DNA of 64,000 nucleotides from Azolla caroliniana (GCA_043228905.1 JBHGNT010000021.1:11594001-11658000), one strand, 5' to 3'. Counted from the stretch's first letter, positions 11,204 to 26,802 are shown. The notes: generated from the sequence alone by a model not told the origin. Translations and numbers: made by a program.

Positions 11204-14200
11204 ACGTAGTTTCTAACTTCTTAAAGACTTGTGTCTAGAAGTCACTAGTAAAGTTTGGATCTCGATCACTCACAATTTCCATCGGTAACCCATAAAAACG
11301 AAATAACTCGTCAACGAATTGGTAAGCCAATTCAGGAGCTATTACCATGGTTTTAGTAGCGATAAATATGGCCTTTTTGGGTGCGAGGAAGGCTAACAAT
11401 AAAATCCATGGATATACTTTCCCACTTATTATTGGGAACGTCCAAGGGATGTAAAAGTCGTGCGGCTTTAAGTCGCTTGGCTTTGTTAACTTGACATTGG
11501 TGACATTTAGTCACATAGCTATGTATGTCAGGACGCATTTTAGGCTAATAGAATTGAGTGGAGATGAGAACGAGTGTATGATGTATTCCAGGGTGCCCTG
11601 CTGAGGGTGCATCATGGCATTAAAAAAGAATTTTGTTTTTGACCTCAGGCAAATCTAGAACACAGACCTTCCCATTACGGTAGAGCAGACCGTTAGCAAT
11701 GTGGAAGTATTCCTTCGAGGATGTGGTGGCGTCTGTTCCAGACTCAACTCTTGCCCAATATTTCGCAAAATAACTGTCATCAGGATACTTTCCTCGAAGG
11801 TGATCATAAAGATCTAAGCATGTTAACTTCACGGATGCTACTTAGTGCATCAACGACAGTGTTGATGGAACCTTTATGATATCGTATGGAAAAATCAAAG
11901 TCTTGGATGAGATCAGCCCATCGTGCCTTATGACCTTTCAAGTCTTGTTGGTCACAAAAATATTTCAAGGACTCGTGGTCCGTAGTTACCACAAAACGAT
12001 TTCCATAAAGATAATGGGGCCATGTTTTGAGCGCATGTATAACTGCAAATAATTCCTTTTCTTGAACCGTATACCGACATTGAGCAAAATCAAGTTTCTT
12101 ACTCTCGAATGTTATTGGTTTACCATCATGATATAAGATAACCCTATAGCATAATCGCTTGCATCGGTTTTAACTTCGAAAGGTTTTGGAGGATCGGGTA
12201 AAAGATGCGACAAAGCCTTGCACACCAGGTCCTTGAGTTCTTTAAAGGTGAGGTCTAGTGTAGCATTCCACACAATAGGTTTTGTAGACTTACACGTTTG
12301 ACCTTTTAGAAGATCAGTAAATGGCGTCGTCAATTGGGAGTAATTATGAAGGGATTTTCACAAAACCCGACAAAACCAAGGAATGATCGAACTTCTCGAA
12401 TATTCCGAAGAGTAGGCCAATGTTTGATTTTCTTGATGCGAGAAGGATCAATTTCAACTCTTCATTTGGTTATGAGATGTCCAAGATAAGTAATTGATTT
12501 CTTGAAGAACTCGCATTTTGAGATCTTCGCGTAGAATTGCTTGTCACACAATGTTTGTAAAACAAAGCAGACATGTTTAGCATGTTCTTCTAATGTACGA
12601 CTATAAACTAGAATATCATCCAAGAAAATAACAAAAAAAATTCCAAGTTCTTGGAAAATGTCATTCATTTCTTATTGTAATGTGGTCGGAGCATTGGTCA
12701 AACCAAAAGGCATGACCAAAAACTCGTAATGGCCATAACGCATATGAAATGCGGTTTTAGGAACATTGTCCTCACTTATACGAATTTGATGGTAGCCCGT
12801 ACGAAGATCAAGTTTCGTAAAATACCGAGCTCCTTGGAGACAGTCAATTAGATCGTCAACCTGGGGCAATGGATATGAATTCTTGATCGTCACTTTATTC
12901 AAGCGTCGGTAATTAATACACATACGCCATGTGCCCTCTTCCTTTTTAACCAAGAGAACAGGTGCACCCCATGGAGATTTACTATAACGTATATAACCCA
13001 TTCGTAAATAGTCCTTGAGTTGCTTAGATACTCTTCGGATCGACTTAAGCGATAAGGAGGTATACTTATTGGTGCAACGCCAGGTACAATATCTATACGA
13101 TGGTCTATATTACATTTAGGAGGTAACCCATGTGGTAGTTCACTCGGAAAAACATCACGAAAATCATTTAAGATTTCATCGAGTTGTTGTTGTTCAAAAT
13201 ATGATAATTGAACCAAGACATTATCGATATTGTAAACGTGAATGTTTGGATCAAGTACACAGTAAAATAAAGTAGAACAAAACAACTCGGATATTGATGG
13301 AGAGGAAACAATTGAAAGAGATTATTTTTTAACACATTAAATAAAATGAGTACAATCGTTCAGTACAAAAGTAATTGAATGATGAACCCAATCAATAGAT
13401 AAAGAAGAGTTTTTATTAAAAAATCAGGGATAACTTAGTATTACATAAGTGGTACAAAGATTCATTACATGGAAGTCTACTTCCTCTATATAAGTATCAA
13501 TAGAAATTCCTAATGAATGAATCACCCTGTTGATGTATTGTACTCTTCCATCAGCCAAATGCACCTTATAGGTGTGATCACTTATGATGGGTTGGATTCC
13601 CCATATCTAAACCAAACGATCATTCACAAAATTGTGTGAGCTTCCCGAATCAAATAAAAATTAAACGGGAGATCCATTGATATACCCGTTTGCACGTATT
13701 AAATCATTGGGTCCCAATACATAATGAGGGAAAGAACATTGACAATTACTTAAATGATGTGTATAGACCTCAAGGATATTAGGAATTTGACCTTTATGGT
13801 CTGCAACTTTTGCTTTGTTGTCGTGCTCTTTTCGTTGGAGCTTTCGACATTGTTCTTTTGTATGACCCTTCTTTTTGTAGAATATGCAAAAAGAACATTA
13901 GGAATCTGACCTTTATGGTATGCAACTTTTGCTTTGTTGTGGTGCTCTTTCTGTTGGAGCTTTCGACATTGTTCTTTTGTATGACCCTTCTTTTTGCAGA
14001 ATACGCAGAAAGGATGTTGTTGCTTACAATCGCGATCCATGATTTCGTTGGGTGTCTTGTGTTTCCTAGAGAATTGCAGCTTCTTAGTCCCAAGCACTTC
14101 GTTGGGTTTGTTATGGTCCTTCGAAGTGCGTTGATAGCGAAGAACTATTTCAACGGCCTCTTGGAAGGATTTTGGATCCTTATTGTGCACTATCTAGTGA

Positions 14201-14562
14201 TAGTCCGAATTGGGGATGCCATTGATAGAACATAGTCTTCTAGCGAGGAAAAATAGTCTTCTAGTGAGGAAAAATTCCTGCTACATTAAAGCTTGTGCTG
14301 TCTTGGTTCGAGAGGGAGGTTGTAGAAATTGGCCCTTGAAAACTGTGACAAAATCTGTTCAGGTATTGGGAAATTTCCCCAAAGTTCAGAGCCCACACCA
14401 CCAGGTGACAGCCTTACCCCCTAATTCTCGGCCGACATATGCAATCTTCGTACTATCGAGCGTGGGATAGAGCTCAAAATGAAACCCCCATCTGCCCAGC
14501 CACGTGCAGATTGCTTCTTCAGTTCTTTCCTTTTTTCTCTCGTAAATGGCTTTACAACAAAT
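11204..14562 (-). pseudogene. Element A gag C-terminus, protease, RT, RNase H and integrase N-terminus
   Basis: CVFCKKKGHTKEQC zinc knuckle, LFDSGSSHNF protease, [11 protein letters not shown] and FLDDILVYS RT, TDASDYAIG and TDHESLKY RH, WESISMDFI integrase; many stops. Confidence 0.92.
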
Positions 14563-14873
14563 TGTTGAGCGGCAAGCTCAATTGGAGCCGGATCGGCTGA
14601 ATAAGCCTGAGCTAGTGAGCGAGACGGATCGGTGAGCCGGTGAGCACCCGGTGAGCTGAGGAGCCGGTTAGCCAGATCCATTAGTAACTGGAAGCCTAGT
14701 AACAGCTAGACTACTAGGGAGTTAATACTCTCGTAGTTAGTGTTAGACGCTCAAGTGAGCATTGAAGTACACCATACTTCTGTCAGTCTGTATGGACTTG
14801 TATAAAAGTGTTTGCTGAACACATACTATGTACAGAGTGTTGACATAATTTTCGAATTGTGATTCTTGTTTTG

Positions 14874-14946
<73 letters not shown>

Positions 14947-15024
14947 GCGTATTGTTAAGTTCTCCATTAAATCTGTTTTCTGTTTTCTGTTTTCTATTGC
15001 TTCCGCGCGCTATTTGTTTTTACA
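14563..15024 (+). repeat. 5' LTR of B with (CT)n tract
   Basis: TG...CA termini; near-identical to 19959-20479 apart from microsatellite length. Confidence 0.95.
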
Positions 15025-15105
15025 TGGTATCAAAGCGCGAGGGTTGAGATCCTCTGCAGCCGACATTCGCTTTTGCAAGAAGAAAACTTAACCTTGGATA
15101 GAGGA

Positions 15106-18100
15106 ATGGCTAGCTCGCTTCCGGTGGAGAAGCTGGACAGAACCAACTATGCATCTTGGTCTTACAAGATGCATCAGTACCTGCTTGGGCATGGGTATTA
15201 GAGCTATGTCGATGGAGCTAACGACACAACACCTAATGTGGCACACAAGGACTTCCCGCTGTGGGAACAATCATCAAGCAGAGTGATGTACTGCTTTGCG
15301 TCTAGTGTCGGAGACCAGCTGCAGAGCCACGTCCGAGATGCCAAGACGCCGAAAGAGGCTTGGGGAAACTTGAAGAAGGTGTTCGCCGCTAGCACTACAA
15401 CCCAAAAGCTACAACTCTGACAGGAGTTGAGTAATGTCCGACAGAAGGACATGTCGGTGGCTGATTACATGGCCCGAATCAAAGAGATCTGTGACTCGCT
15501 TGCCTCATCAACGTCACGGTAGAGGAAGACGAGATGGTACAAGTTTGTCTTGGGGGCCTAGCGTCTAAGTTCCGAGCTTTTCGGACAGCAGTATGTACGA
15601 GGGAGAATACGTCGTCATTTTTCGACTTATAGTCGATGCTCCTTGTAGAGGAGAACCACATGGGTGCATCAACAAGTGTACCCACCGATAGTCGGATGTT
15701 GTACATGGAGGTGGATCGGCCCCGTGGGCATGGTGGACGAGGTGGGTTGGCATGCAATGGAGGCGGCCGGCAAGGGCAAGACCAACGGCACAAAGACCGT
15801 GGCAGTTTTGGGACCTCCACAACTAGGGGGAGTCAAGGTGGAGTCGGAGGCTAGCAAGACAAAGCCACCACAGAATGCTGGTACTGTGGCAGAAAGGGCC
15901 ACAGAGAAAGTGAGTGTTGGAAGAAGCGTGCCGATTCGGATAGATCTGGATCCACCAAAACCGGTCGGGAGAACCGGCAAAGCTCACACTACGCACAAGG
16001 ATCGAAAGGATCCGGAACCGGGAAGACCAGTAAGGGGCCAGCCTTGGTGATGAAGCACGAGGCAAACTCGATGAAGAAGACAACTTCCAAATCAGAGGAA
16101 GTGTGGTACGTTGATTCCAGTGCGTCAAATCACATGACGAGCCACAAAGAGTGGTTCTCCTTCTTGGAGAAACCGGAACAACCAGGAGTTGTTGAAACTA
16201 GAGACGACACTCCTCACCCAATCGTGCATGTCGGAGAAGTTCCCCTGAGCCATGTCGGACAGAGGGGGAAGCTGATGAACGTATTACATGTTCCGACTAT
16301 CACGAAGAACCTGGTGTCGGTCAGACAGATCGTCGACCAGGGAATGCAGGTGCGGTTTACGCACCTCAGGTGCTTCATCGAGGAGGAGGGCCAGATTATC
16401 GCGCAAGGGCGTAGAGATGGGAGGATGTTCATCCTCGACACCAAAGGACAGAAGGTCGAATCGAACATCAACCTGTGGCACAAGCGGATCGGCCACGTCA
16501 ATTACCGGTGGCTTCAAGACTTGCAAACGAAACAAGTTGTTTTCGGTTTGCCGAAGTTTAGTGGCCGGAAGGCCCAAGTGCGTGAAGCCTGCCAACTCGG
16601 GAAGTAGCACTAGCTTCCATTCCCTGCCGAACAAAACCGTAGTCGTAACAAGCTCGACCTTATTCATTCAGATGTATAGGGACCAACATAGAACGTGAGT
16701 TTTGGCGGGAGTCGATACTTCGTCTCCTTCATCGATGACTATAGCCGACACACATGGATCTACCTCATTGAGCGGAAAAGCATGGTGGAACGGGAATCAG
16801 AGAGGAAGATCAAGTGCTTGCAGTCAGATGGCGGAAAAGAATATTTTTCCGGCCAATTCAACAGTTATCTGCAGCAAACAAGAATTCGGAGAGAGTTCAG
16901 CTGCAGATACACACTGGAGCAAAATGGTGTGGCCAAAAGGAAGAATCAGTTTCTTGTCGACGTGGTAGGGGCAATGCTGGAAGAGAAGAGCATGCCCCAT
17001 TTCTACTGGGAAGAGGCAGTCCGGACGACCGTCTACATCCAAAACTAGATCGGTGACAAGGTGTCCACGCATGAGCTGTATTTCGGGCGCAAGCCGAATT
17101 TGAGACACCTTCGGATTTTCGGCAACATAGCATATGTGCATGTGCTAGATGAGAAGCAGAGGAAGGTGGATGCAAAATCGGAGAAGTGCATCCTTGTTGG
17201 CTACTCACATGAGAAAAAGGGGTATAAGTGTTATAAACCCCGGACGAAGCAGGTCTGAGTTAGCCGCGATGTTGAGTTTGATGAGACGGCATCATGGTAT
17301 GCCTTACTGGCTCCGACTTCCGAACCCGACCCGATACCAAAGGATGAGGCTAGTGAGCCTGAACCAGTCCAAACAGAAGATGATGAATCTAGGACTCAAG
17401 AAGAGAGTCTGGAATTGTTTCGGTTGAGTGGGCCGAACGAGAGACTAGGTCAATCCGACCAGTCAGAAGAAGAACCGACGAGTAATGAAGACTCCGCCGT
17501 GCTCTCCCCGCGCAAGGAACTAAGGAGACGGTTCACGTGCAAAGAGAAGGGGAAGAAGAAGATGCCGGATTATGAAACTGGTATTGATGAGTCGGATCGG
17601 AGTGGATCCGACTCCGGAAAGGAAAATGACGGTTCTTCGGCACCGAAGACCGAACCGGCCAAGAAGGGCCTCAAACCGGGTAATGGAGGGTTACGCCGGT
17701 CAACCCGCGAGAAGGAACCTATTAAGCGGTATGAGTACAATGAGTACATGGCGCATCACTATGCGTACATGACCAAGGTGGCGGAAGTGCGTGAGCCAGA
17801 GAGCTACGCAGAAGCTGCAAAGGATGCACATTGGCGTGCCGCTTTGGAAGAAGAGATGTGTGCACTCGATGCCAACGATACATGGGACTTAGTTGACCCT
17901 CCCCATCACAGTAAACCGATCGGATGCAAGTGGTTGTACAAGGTAAAGTACAACGCTGACGGTTCAGTTAATCGGTACAAGGCCCGGTTAGTGGCGAAGG
18001 GATATGCATAGACCCACAGAATCGACTACGACGAGACCTTCGCTCCGGTAGCGAAGATGACGACGGTTCGTGTAGTGTTGGCGATTGCAATGGTAAGGGG

Positions 18101-19958
18101 GTGGCATCATCACCAGATGGATGTGAAGAATGCATTTCTTCAAGGAGATCTTGAAGAAGAGGTCTTTATGATACAACCCCCCGGTTTCCAGACGAAAATG
18201 AACAAGTCGGCGGTATGCCGGCTAAAGAAGTCACTTTATGTCCTGAAGCAAGCCCCCCGATCTTGGAATGCCAAGATCACGCACTGGTTGCGTAAGATGA
18301 GGTTTGTGGCCTCCAAGTTCGACTCTTCGTTGTTCATCCGGCAAGGTTCGGACGGTCCGGTTTGCATCTTGTTGTACGTTGATGATCTGGTCATCACTGG
18401 ACCCGGACTCGATGAGATCAGCCGAGTCAAGTCCCAGTTGTCGGATGCGTTTGAGATGAAGGACCTGGGGGACCTTCACTATTTCCTTGGGATCGAGGTG
18501 ATCCAAAACCCCGACGACATATTGCTCTCACAAAGGCACTATGTGTTGAATATGTTGTACAAATTCGGCATGACGGAATGCCGACCTATCTCTACTCCCT
18601 TGATCAGGAACCAGAAGCTCCGTCCCGACTCCGGACCGGCCTGCGATGAGAGACGGTTCCAACCAATTGTTGGAAGCCTTATATATTTGACCATCAACCG
18701 ACCCGACATCAGCTATCCGGTTGGAGTGATTAGCCAATGCATGCAGAAGTCGACCGTAGAGCATCTTCAGTGCGTGCACAGAATACTACGGTATGTGAGG
18801 GGCACGAAGGACTGGGGACTATTATACCAGCGCGATATAACCGAAGAGCTGGTCGGTTACACAGATGCCGATTGGGCCAACAATGCATCAAATCGCCGAT
18901 CAACCTCCGGTTATATGTTTTCCCTAGGTAGCGTGGTTGTTGTGTGGAGCAGCAAAAAGCAGCCAACAGTTGCTCTGTTGAGCACTGAGGCTGAGTATCG
19001 GGGCTACCATTACCACCTGTGAAGCCATTTGGCTTCGGCAACTGCTACAAGACCTACGAATCGAGGTACCGACCCCGATTCTGATCTACTGCGACAACAT
19101 AAGCAGCATACAGCTTGCCAAGAACCCTGTATTCCATGCTCGCACAAAGCACATAGAAGTGCACTATCACTTCGTGCGTGAGCGTGTCCTGTGCGGTGAG
19201 GTCGAACTTCAGTATGTTCACACGGATCGGCAAGTTGCCGACATCTTCACCAAACCACTCGGATAAGACAAGTTGCAGCATTTCACCGAAATGCTTGGTG
19301 TTCAACATCTCAATGTGCCACAGTTGAGGGGAGAATGGGCAAAAACACCGGAACGGGCAAAGGCAAAGAGACTGCCGATTGCGCCAATGAGGGAAGAACC
19401 GACAAAGGGAGAGTCAAGAAGAAGAAAGGAGTCGAGTCGACAAAGGAAGTTGACACATCCGAACAAGTTGGAACAAGCGGCAGCGGCGGTAGAGTCAAGA
19501 AGGAAAAAGCCGACCGGAAGAAGAAGGCCAAGACTTGGACATGGTCCGAGGTGGTGAAGGGCTTGGAACCAAAAGAAGAATCGGGAGCAACCGATTCGGA
19601 CAAGAGCTGGACCAAATCGGAGGCAGTTGATTCGGTTCAACAGACAAATTCGGAAGGACCGGATCAATTCAAGGCCAAGAGGACGAGAAGGCAGCGAAAG
19701 TCAACACCAACACGAAGGAATCGGCGAACCGGCACACACCAAAGTCACAGCATCGAGGGAGCTGAATTGGGCCTATTGAGCAGACAAGCCGACCGAGGAG
19801 GTCGAGGTGCGCAGAACAAGAGGGGTCGCGGCAAACAGAACCGGACCGGATGAGGAGCGCGACCAAGGCGGAGTGACGCCAGAAGGAGCCAGGCAAAAGG
19901 ACCGGTTGCCACAGACGTTGACACTACGGCTAGACCTCAAGTTGAGCTTGAGGGGGAG

Positions 19959-19964
<6 letters not shown>
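15106..19964 (+). pseudogene. Copia B gag-pol
   Basis: KLDRTNYASW gag start, WYVDSSASNHMT PR, FVSFIDDYSR INT, LYVDDLVITG RT, YTDADWA..WSSKKQPTVA RH; stops and frameshifts. Confidence 0.93.
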
Positions 19965-20479
<515 letters not shown>

Positions 20480-20690
20480 CAAATGATGGTTCACCCTGAT
20501 GCTCATCAGGTCTATTAGTGTCATGTTGTAAACTAATGACACGTGCCTCGAGAGCACTTTGATATTGCCAAAGTTCGGACATCTGATGAGTAGTTGAACT
20601 AAGGAAATTTTGTATTTGTAAGAAATAAGACTCAATGGAGATTGGTCCAGGAGGATTTCCTTGAGTTCCTTCCACTTGAGCGGATGACAT
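20480..20690 (-). pseudogene. Element A gag N-terminus
   Basis: MSSAQVEG...QGEPSFV continues in frame as VKPFTREKRK left of 14563 once B and one TSD copy are removed. Confidence 0.75.
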
Positions 20691-20789
20691 CGGGTCGTTA
20701 TTCTAAGCCATTGAATGATTATTTCTAGCAAAGAAATAGGTTAAGGTTAGACATATAGTCATAACATCAAGTCGTGATGTAAACATATC

Positions 20790-23700
20790 TAACGTGAAAT
20801 ATGCGGGATATTACTCAGCCACAACCGAGTCTCAAATCGTGTCGTTTCGAATCGAACACCGAGAATGGGAATGGAGGTGAATACACGTACACACAAATAA
20901 TATGAGAGAGGGTACACAACATGTTTACGTGGAAAACCCTAAATGGGAAAAACCACGGGAGCCCACAGATTCCAACTATCACTATGTCGAGAGGAATACA
21001 ATCTTCGTGCTCACAATCTTCGCCTGGCGGCGATTACAACATAGACTCACTCTATTTCTCTCTCTCTCTCTCTCTGTACAACAGTTACACCAAAAATTCT
21101 ATACAAAATGATGACAACTCAATGATACATGCACTGTTCTGTTTGCCCTAGGTCATATTTATACTAATATGACATTAGGACTATTTACAGATATAGCCCC
21201 AATGGGCTCTCAGAAACATATTTCCATATATGTCCCTTCATCTAGTGAGAGCTTCTCACCGGGCCTGTATCATCCGGTTCTCACCGGGTCTTCCTTGCTA
21301 GGTACTCAACATCCCATCCGGAGGGACCGAAATCCTAACAAACTCCCCCTTCACTCCGGCATGGGATGCCTCGTTAGTTCGATCCGCTTCTGGCGTGTGT
21401 CCAGCTTGTCGGGCGTCAGCACCTTGGTCAGCATATCTGACCCATTCTCCTCCGTGTGGATCTTTGTTAGCAGGAACTCTCGATCTTCCACTCATTCCCG
21501 GATCCAATCGTACCTCCGCTGGATGTGCTTCATTTTGCAATGGTACGCCACATTCTTCGCAAGGTGGATGGCACTTTGACTGTCGCAATAGAACCGGTAT
21601 TCCTCTTGCTGGATCCCTACCTCTTCGATGAAGTTCTTCATCCATAGTATTTCCTTGCCGGCTTCCACGACTGCCATGTATTCCACCTCTGTGGTTGACA
21701 ACGCAACCGTCTTCTGCAACCTCGATTGCCACGAAACGGCTCCCCCTCATATTTCATGACATATCCAGATGTTGACCGGCTGGTATCTGCATCAGCTGAC
21801 ATATCTGAATCGGTGAAACCGTCAAGTTGGGGTTTACCAGAGCCGAATCGGGGACACGTAGTTCCAGTGCTCCTCGCCTTTTAAGTAACGGAGTATCCAT
21901 TTTACCGCATTCCAGTGCTCCTTGCCAGGATTGGTCATAAACCAGCTCACCACTCCGATTACGTATCCGATATTCGGTCGAGTACACACCATTGCATACA
22001 TTAAGCTCCCAACGGCAGACGCATATGGTATCTTCATCATATCCGCCTTCTCTGCCTTCGTCTTCGGGCTTTACTTATCGGATAACCTGCAGTTTGCCGA
22101 GAGTGTCGATCCGACCGGTTTCGTGTCTAACATGTTGAACTGTTGAAGCACCTTTGTCACGTATTTCTCCTGTGACAGCCACAATTGCTTCTTTGACCGG
22201 TCCCGGATGATATGCATCCCCACTATCTGTCTTGCTGGACCCAAGTCTTTCATTGAGAAGGTTCGGTCCAAAGCCTTCTTCAGCATCTGTATCTTCACTT
22301 GGTCTTGTCCAACGATCAACATGTCGTCCACGTACAGGAGGAGTATCAAGAAGTCTCCTCCTTCAAACTTCTTCACAAATACGCAGTGATCGGCCTGCGT
22401 CTAGTGGTACCCTTGATTGGTCATGAAGGAGTTGAACCTCCAGTACCATTGCCAGGGAGCCTGTTTCAAATCGTAGAGGCTCTTCTTCAACAGGCAAACC
22501 AGGTGCTCCTTCCCTTTCTTCACAAATCCCTCAGGTTGCTGTATGTAGATCTCCTCTTCGAGGTCGCCGTGAAGGAACGCCGTCTTCACATCTAACTGCT
22601 CTACCTCGAGGTCCATGCTTGCCACTATGCTCAGCACCATCCAGATGGAAGTCATCTTTACTACTGGGGAAAATATCTCGTCGAAGTCTATGCCCTTCTT
22701 TTGCTTGAACCCCTTCACCACGATCCTAGCTTTGTATCTTGCGGGGTTGCTGGCATCTCTCGGTTTCAACTTGTACACCCACTTGTTTCGGAGTGCCCTC
22801 TTTCCTTTCGGCAACTCCACCAATTCATACGTGTGGTTCTCATGCAGGGAATCCATCTCGTCCTGCATGGCACTCAACCACTTGCGGCTATGGGTACCAT
22901 CCCTGGCTTCTTCGAAGCTTTCCGGCTCCCCCTCATCGGTCAACAACACATGCTCTAGATCCGGAAATCTCCGGGGGCCCTTCTCTCTCTGAGAGGATAT
23001 CTCCGTCTTTGGCTTTTGGCAACCGGCTCCTCTATTTGTTCTTCATCCGAATCTAATTCGGGGTCTTGGCCGGTTCCGGTTTCAGCTTCCTCTCCTTCTT
23101 CTGCCGGTTCGGTATCCTCACTGTAAGTGGCCGGTTCTTCGAGTGTTAACCGGCTCTTAGCCGGGTAGGTTCGAATCTCATCGAACCGATCCTTACCGGT
23201 CGACTCGGAGTTCATTATCTTCTTCTCCGACTCCCAATCGGCAAGGGTCTTGTCCTCCATGAAGATAATATCTCGACTCTGGAAAACCTTCTTGTCGACT
23301 GTCGAACCGATCCTTACCGGTCGACTCGGAGTTCATTATCTTCTTCTCCGACTCCCAGTCGGGAAGGGTCTTGTCCTCCATGAAGATAATATCTCGACAC
23401 CAGAAAACCTTCTTGTCGACTAGATCCCACACTCGGTAGCCGAACTCATCATCGCCATATCCGAGGAATATGCAAGGCCGGGACTTTGGATCCAACTTTT
23501 CTCTCCGGTCCTTTCCAACATGCACGTAAGCGAGACACCCGAACACCTTCAGATGCCGGTAAGACACTTCCTTACCGGTTCACACTCTTTGCGGCGTGTC
23601 TCCGTCGAAGGGCACTGAGGGTGATTTGTTTATCTCGTACGTCGTTGTCGCTAGCGCCTCAGCCCAAAACATCTTGGGTAACCTTGCATGTTCCATTATG

Positions 23701-26060
23701 GTCCGGTTCATCCTCTCGGCCAACCCGTTAAGTTCTGGCATATTCAGCACAGTAAATTCGAGTTGGATGCCCTTCGAGTGGTATGACTCCTCAAACGCCC
23801 CCCGGTATTCGCTTCCATTATCTGCTCGAACCGCCTTTAGCTTTCGGCCGGTTTCTCTTTCTACTCTCGCGTGGATCTCCTTGAAGACGGATAACACTTG
23901 GTCCTTCATCTTTAGCGGTGTGGTCCACAACTTTCGGCTGTGGTCATCTATGAACGTCACGAAGTACTGCGATCCGGCATGTGACTTTGTGTCCACTTGA
24001 CACACATCGGTATGCATCAATTCCAGTGGTGCATTACGTCTCATTGGTGGCCTTGAGGGGAAGGAGGTCCGGTTTTGCTTACCGGCCAGGCAGTCGGTGC
24101 ACTTCTCAAGATGCACGTCTTTCACCGGAATGAGGTTGTCATCAGCAAGCCTCTTCATGCCCTTCTCTCTCATGTGACACAATCTCTTGTGCCACAGCTC
24201 ACCGGTAGTGTCAGATGCCACATTCACGTCTTCTCGGCATAATCGGGCATTCATTAGATACAATGTGTTGACTTTCTGGGCCCGAGCCACTATTAGGCTC
24301 CCCTTGCTGAACTTCATAACACCGTTCCATATGCTACCCGTGTAGTCTTCATCGTCTACCCTACCACCTGATATGAGGTTCAGTCGAACCTCCGGAATGT
24401 GTCAGACATCCTTCAACAACAACTTGCATCCGGTTGGTGTTGTCAACCACACGTCTCCTATGCCGACAATTCAGCATGTACCTTCATTCCCCATCTGGAC
24501 ATAGCTGTGCTCACCGGCTGTGTAGGATGAGAAGCATTTCCGGTCCGAGGTCAGTTGGAACGACGCTCCGAAATCGACAGCCCACGTTGTCTTGTCGCCG
24601 GTAAGGTTTAACTCACTCTCTTCACTTTCCACGATTGTCGTCATTCCCTTCCGGTCCAGCCCCCTCCGGTCTTTACCGTTCCGGTCCGGTGACCGCTTCG
24701 AATCGGTACTATCGGTTTCCTTTTCTTTTCGGAAATGCTAACAGTTCTTCTGGAAGTGCCCCGGCTTGCCGCAATAGAAGCAAGTGGGCCTCCCCTTCCT
24801 TGACTTTGACCGTGTCCCCGACTTTTCCCAGTCGTAGGGACTACGGTTCATTTGTCTTCCATGTTCCGATTCGGTAAGGAGCGCTTTGGAGTTGGAGGTC
24901 ACCTCTTTGCCTTTCCGACGTGCCTCCTCATCTAGCAAGCTCGACTTGACTCTTGCTAGGGACAGTTGTTTTCCTTCCAGCCCAGCGTTGCCCAAAGTGA
25001 CAACTAACGTCTCGCAACTATCCGGGAGGGAACCGAGCAGGAGTAATGCTAGTACCTCATTGGCGAGAGGTACTTCCAACAATGTTCCCTAGTGAATCAG
25101 CCCCTAGAAGGCATTCATGTGCTCCGCCATGCTGGAGCCATCTTGGTACCGGAGCCGCACTAGCTTCCGGAATACCGAAACCCGATTAACAATATTTTTG
25201 TTCTGAAACATAATGCCAATCTTCTCCCAAAGCTCATGAGCCTTGCCCTCCTCGTTGAAGTTGTTGTACAGGCTCATGTCGATGAAACACCAGATGTATG
25301 CTGTTCTCTTCATGTGCATTACCTCCCATATCGTGGCATCGATCTTGTCTAGTCTCTTGTCCCTGAACTAAACCGGCAACCAAATATCTTTAACCGTGAG
25401 CATGTCCCTCATCTTTGACTTCCACACTGAATAGTTGGAGCCGGTGAGCTTGAAGATGCCGCCAAATGAATCTTCCATTTTCTGTGTCGATATGCTCTGA
25501 TACCAGATTGACGCGAAATATGCGGAATATTACTCGGCCACAACTGAGTCTCAGATCGTGTCGTTTTGAATCGAACACCGAGAATGGGAATGGAGGTGAA
25601 TACACGTACACACAAATAATATGAGAGAGGGTACACAATATGTTTACGTGGAAAACCCTAAATGGGAAAAACCACGGGAGCCCACAGACTCCAACTATCA
25701 CTATGTCAAGAGGAATACAACAGGTAAACACGGAGGCAACGACCTCGTGCTCACAATCTTCGCCTGGCGGCGATTACAACAGAGACTCACTCTATTTCTC
25801 TCTCTCTCTCTCTCTCTCTACTATGCTCTGTACAACAGTTACACCAAAAATTCTATACAAAATGATGACAACTCAACAATACACGAACTGTTCTCTTTGC
25901 CCTAGGTCATATTTATACTAATATGACATTAGGACTATTTACAGATATAGCCCCAATGGGCTCTCAGAAACATATTTCCATATATGTCCCTTCATCCGGT
26001 TGTCACCGGGTCTTCCTTGTCGGGTACACAACATCCCATCCGAAGGGACCGAAATCCACA
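20790..26060 (-). mobile_element. Element C: degenerate Tnt1/Tork-like Ty1/Copia
   Basis: LTRs 20790-21340 and 25509-26060; tRNA-iMet PBS (plus strand GCTCTGATACCA, 25494-25505); PPT 21341-21357; no intact TSD because the right end is damaged. Confidence 0.93.
21345..25478 (-). pseudogene. Copia C gag-pol
   Basis: KLTGSNYSVWKSKM, CFYCGKPGHFQKNC, VTFIDDHSRK, LDVKTAFLHG, LLYVDDMLI, PYASAVGSLMYAMVCTRP; 122-bp tandem duplication at 23181-23421. Confidence 0.93.
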
Positions 26061-26802
26061 GCCAACAATCATGTAATCAAGATATATAATTGAGGTGTCA
26101 TATATATTTAAAAAAATGTAATATCAAATAGCCAACAATGATGTAATCAAGATACGTAATCGAGGTGTATAGCCTCTACGCACACGAAACATACAAAAAA
26201 AAGGGTTAATCGTAATACACAATTGAGGTATTGACCTCTTACACATACGACACCAATCGAATATTGTTTACATAGAAATCGAGGTATTGCCCTCATACGC
26301 ACACGTAACATATATATGTGAACGTAATACACAATTGAGGTATTAACCTCGTACGTTATGATCTAATGTCAGCATATGATAAGGATAAAACATATATGAA
26401 ATAAGAAAAGAGAGAGAGAAAGAAGGGTGTCGATCCACCCGATCACCCTCGAGCGAAGGGATTGAGACGGACGCGAGCCTCGATCGGCATCCCATACCAC
26501 CAATGTGGCGTTGAGTCATACCTGGTGCTGGTGCGCTCGCTATAAGAGTTGATCCACCACAAGAACAGAATCTCGACGTAGTCAAGAGATGATGAAATGA
26601 GGGTAGTTAGGCCTCATATTTATAGCGAGACCCAAGGCCCCCAAGCAAGTTCACACTTGGCCTAATGGGTTGTCTAAATCCCGAGGATTAAAAGTAATCC
26701 TCCCCTTCATTACACTCTCGTTTAACCCTCACACTTATCCACGTGTATAGAATATTATGGTAAATTCTCACCACGAGATATTATATGGTCATGGCCGTAA
26801 CA
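26061..26802 (-). repeat. 5' LTR of element A (U5 end split off by C; true end near 20770 uncertain)
   Basis: Right end homologous to 1-109; TATAAATA on the minus strand at about 26617-26624; short internal repeats TAATACACAATTGAGGTATT. Confidence 0.8.

Noticed and set aside
14743-15047. ER-repeat and SL-repeat ORFs (also 20179-20518 and 29348-29657)
   Set aside because: They are translations of (CT)n/(GA)n microsatellites in LTRs.
20730-20790. PBS or self-priming site for element A
   Set aside because: No TGG-type PBS and no convincing complement to the predicted RNA start near 26590; the region is disturbed by the C insertion.
26051-26070. TSD for Copia C
   Set aside because: The left flank ATATC is not repeated and the right LTR end reads CCACA instead of CCTAACA; a small deletion is likely but unproven.
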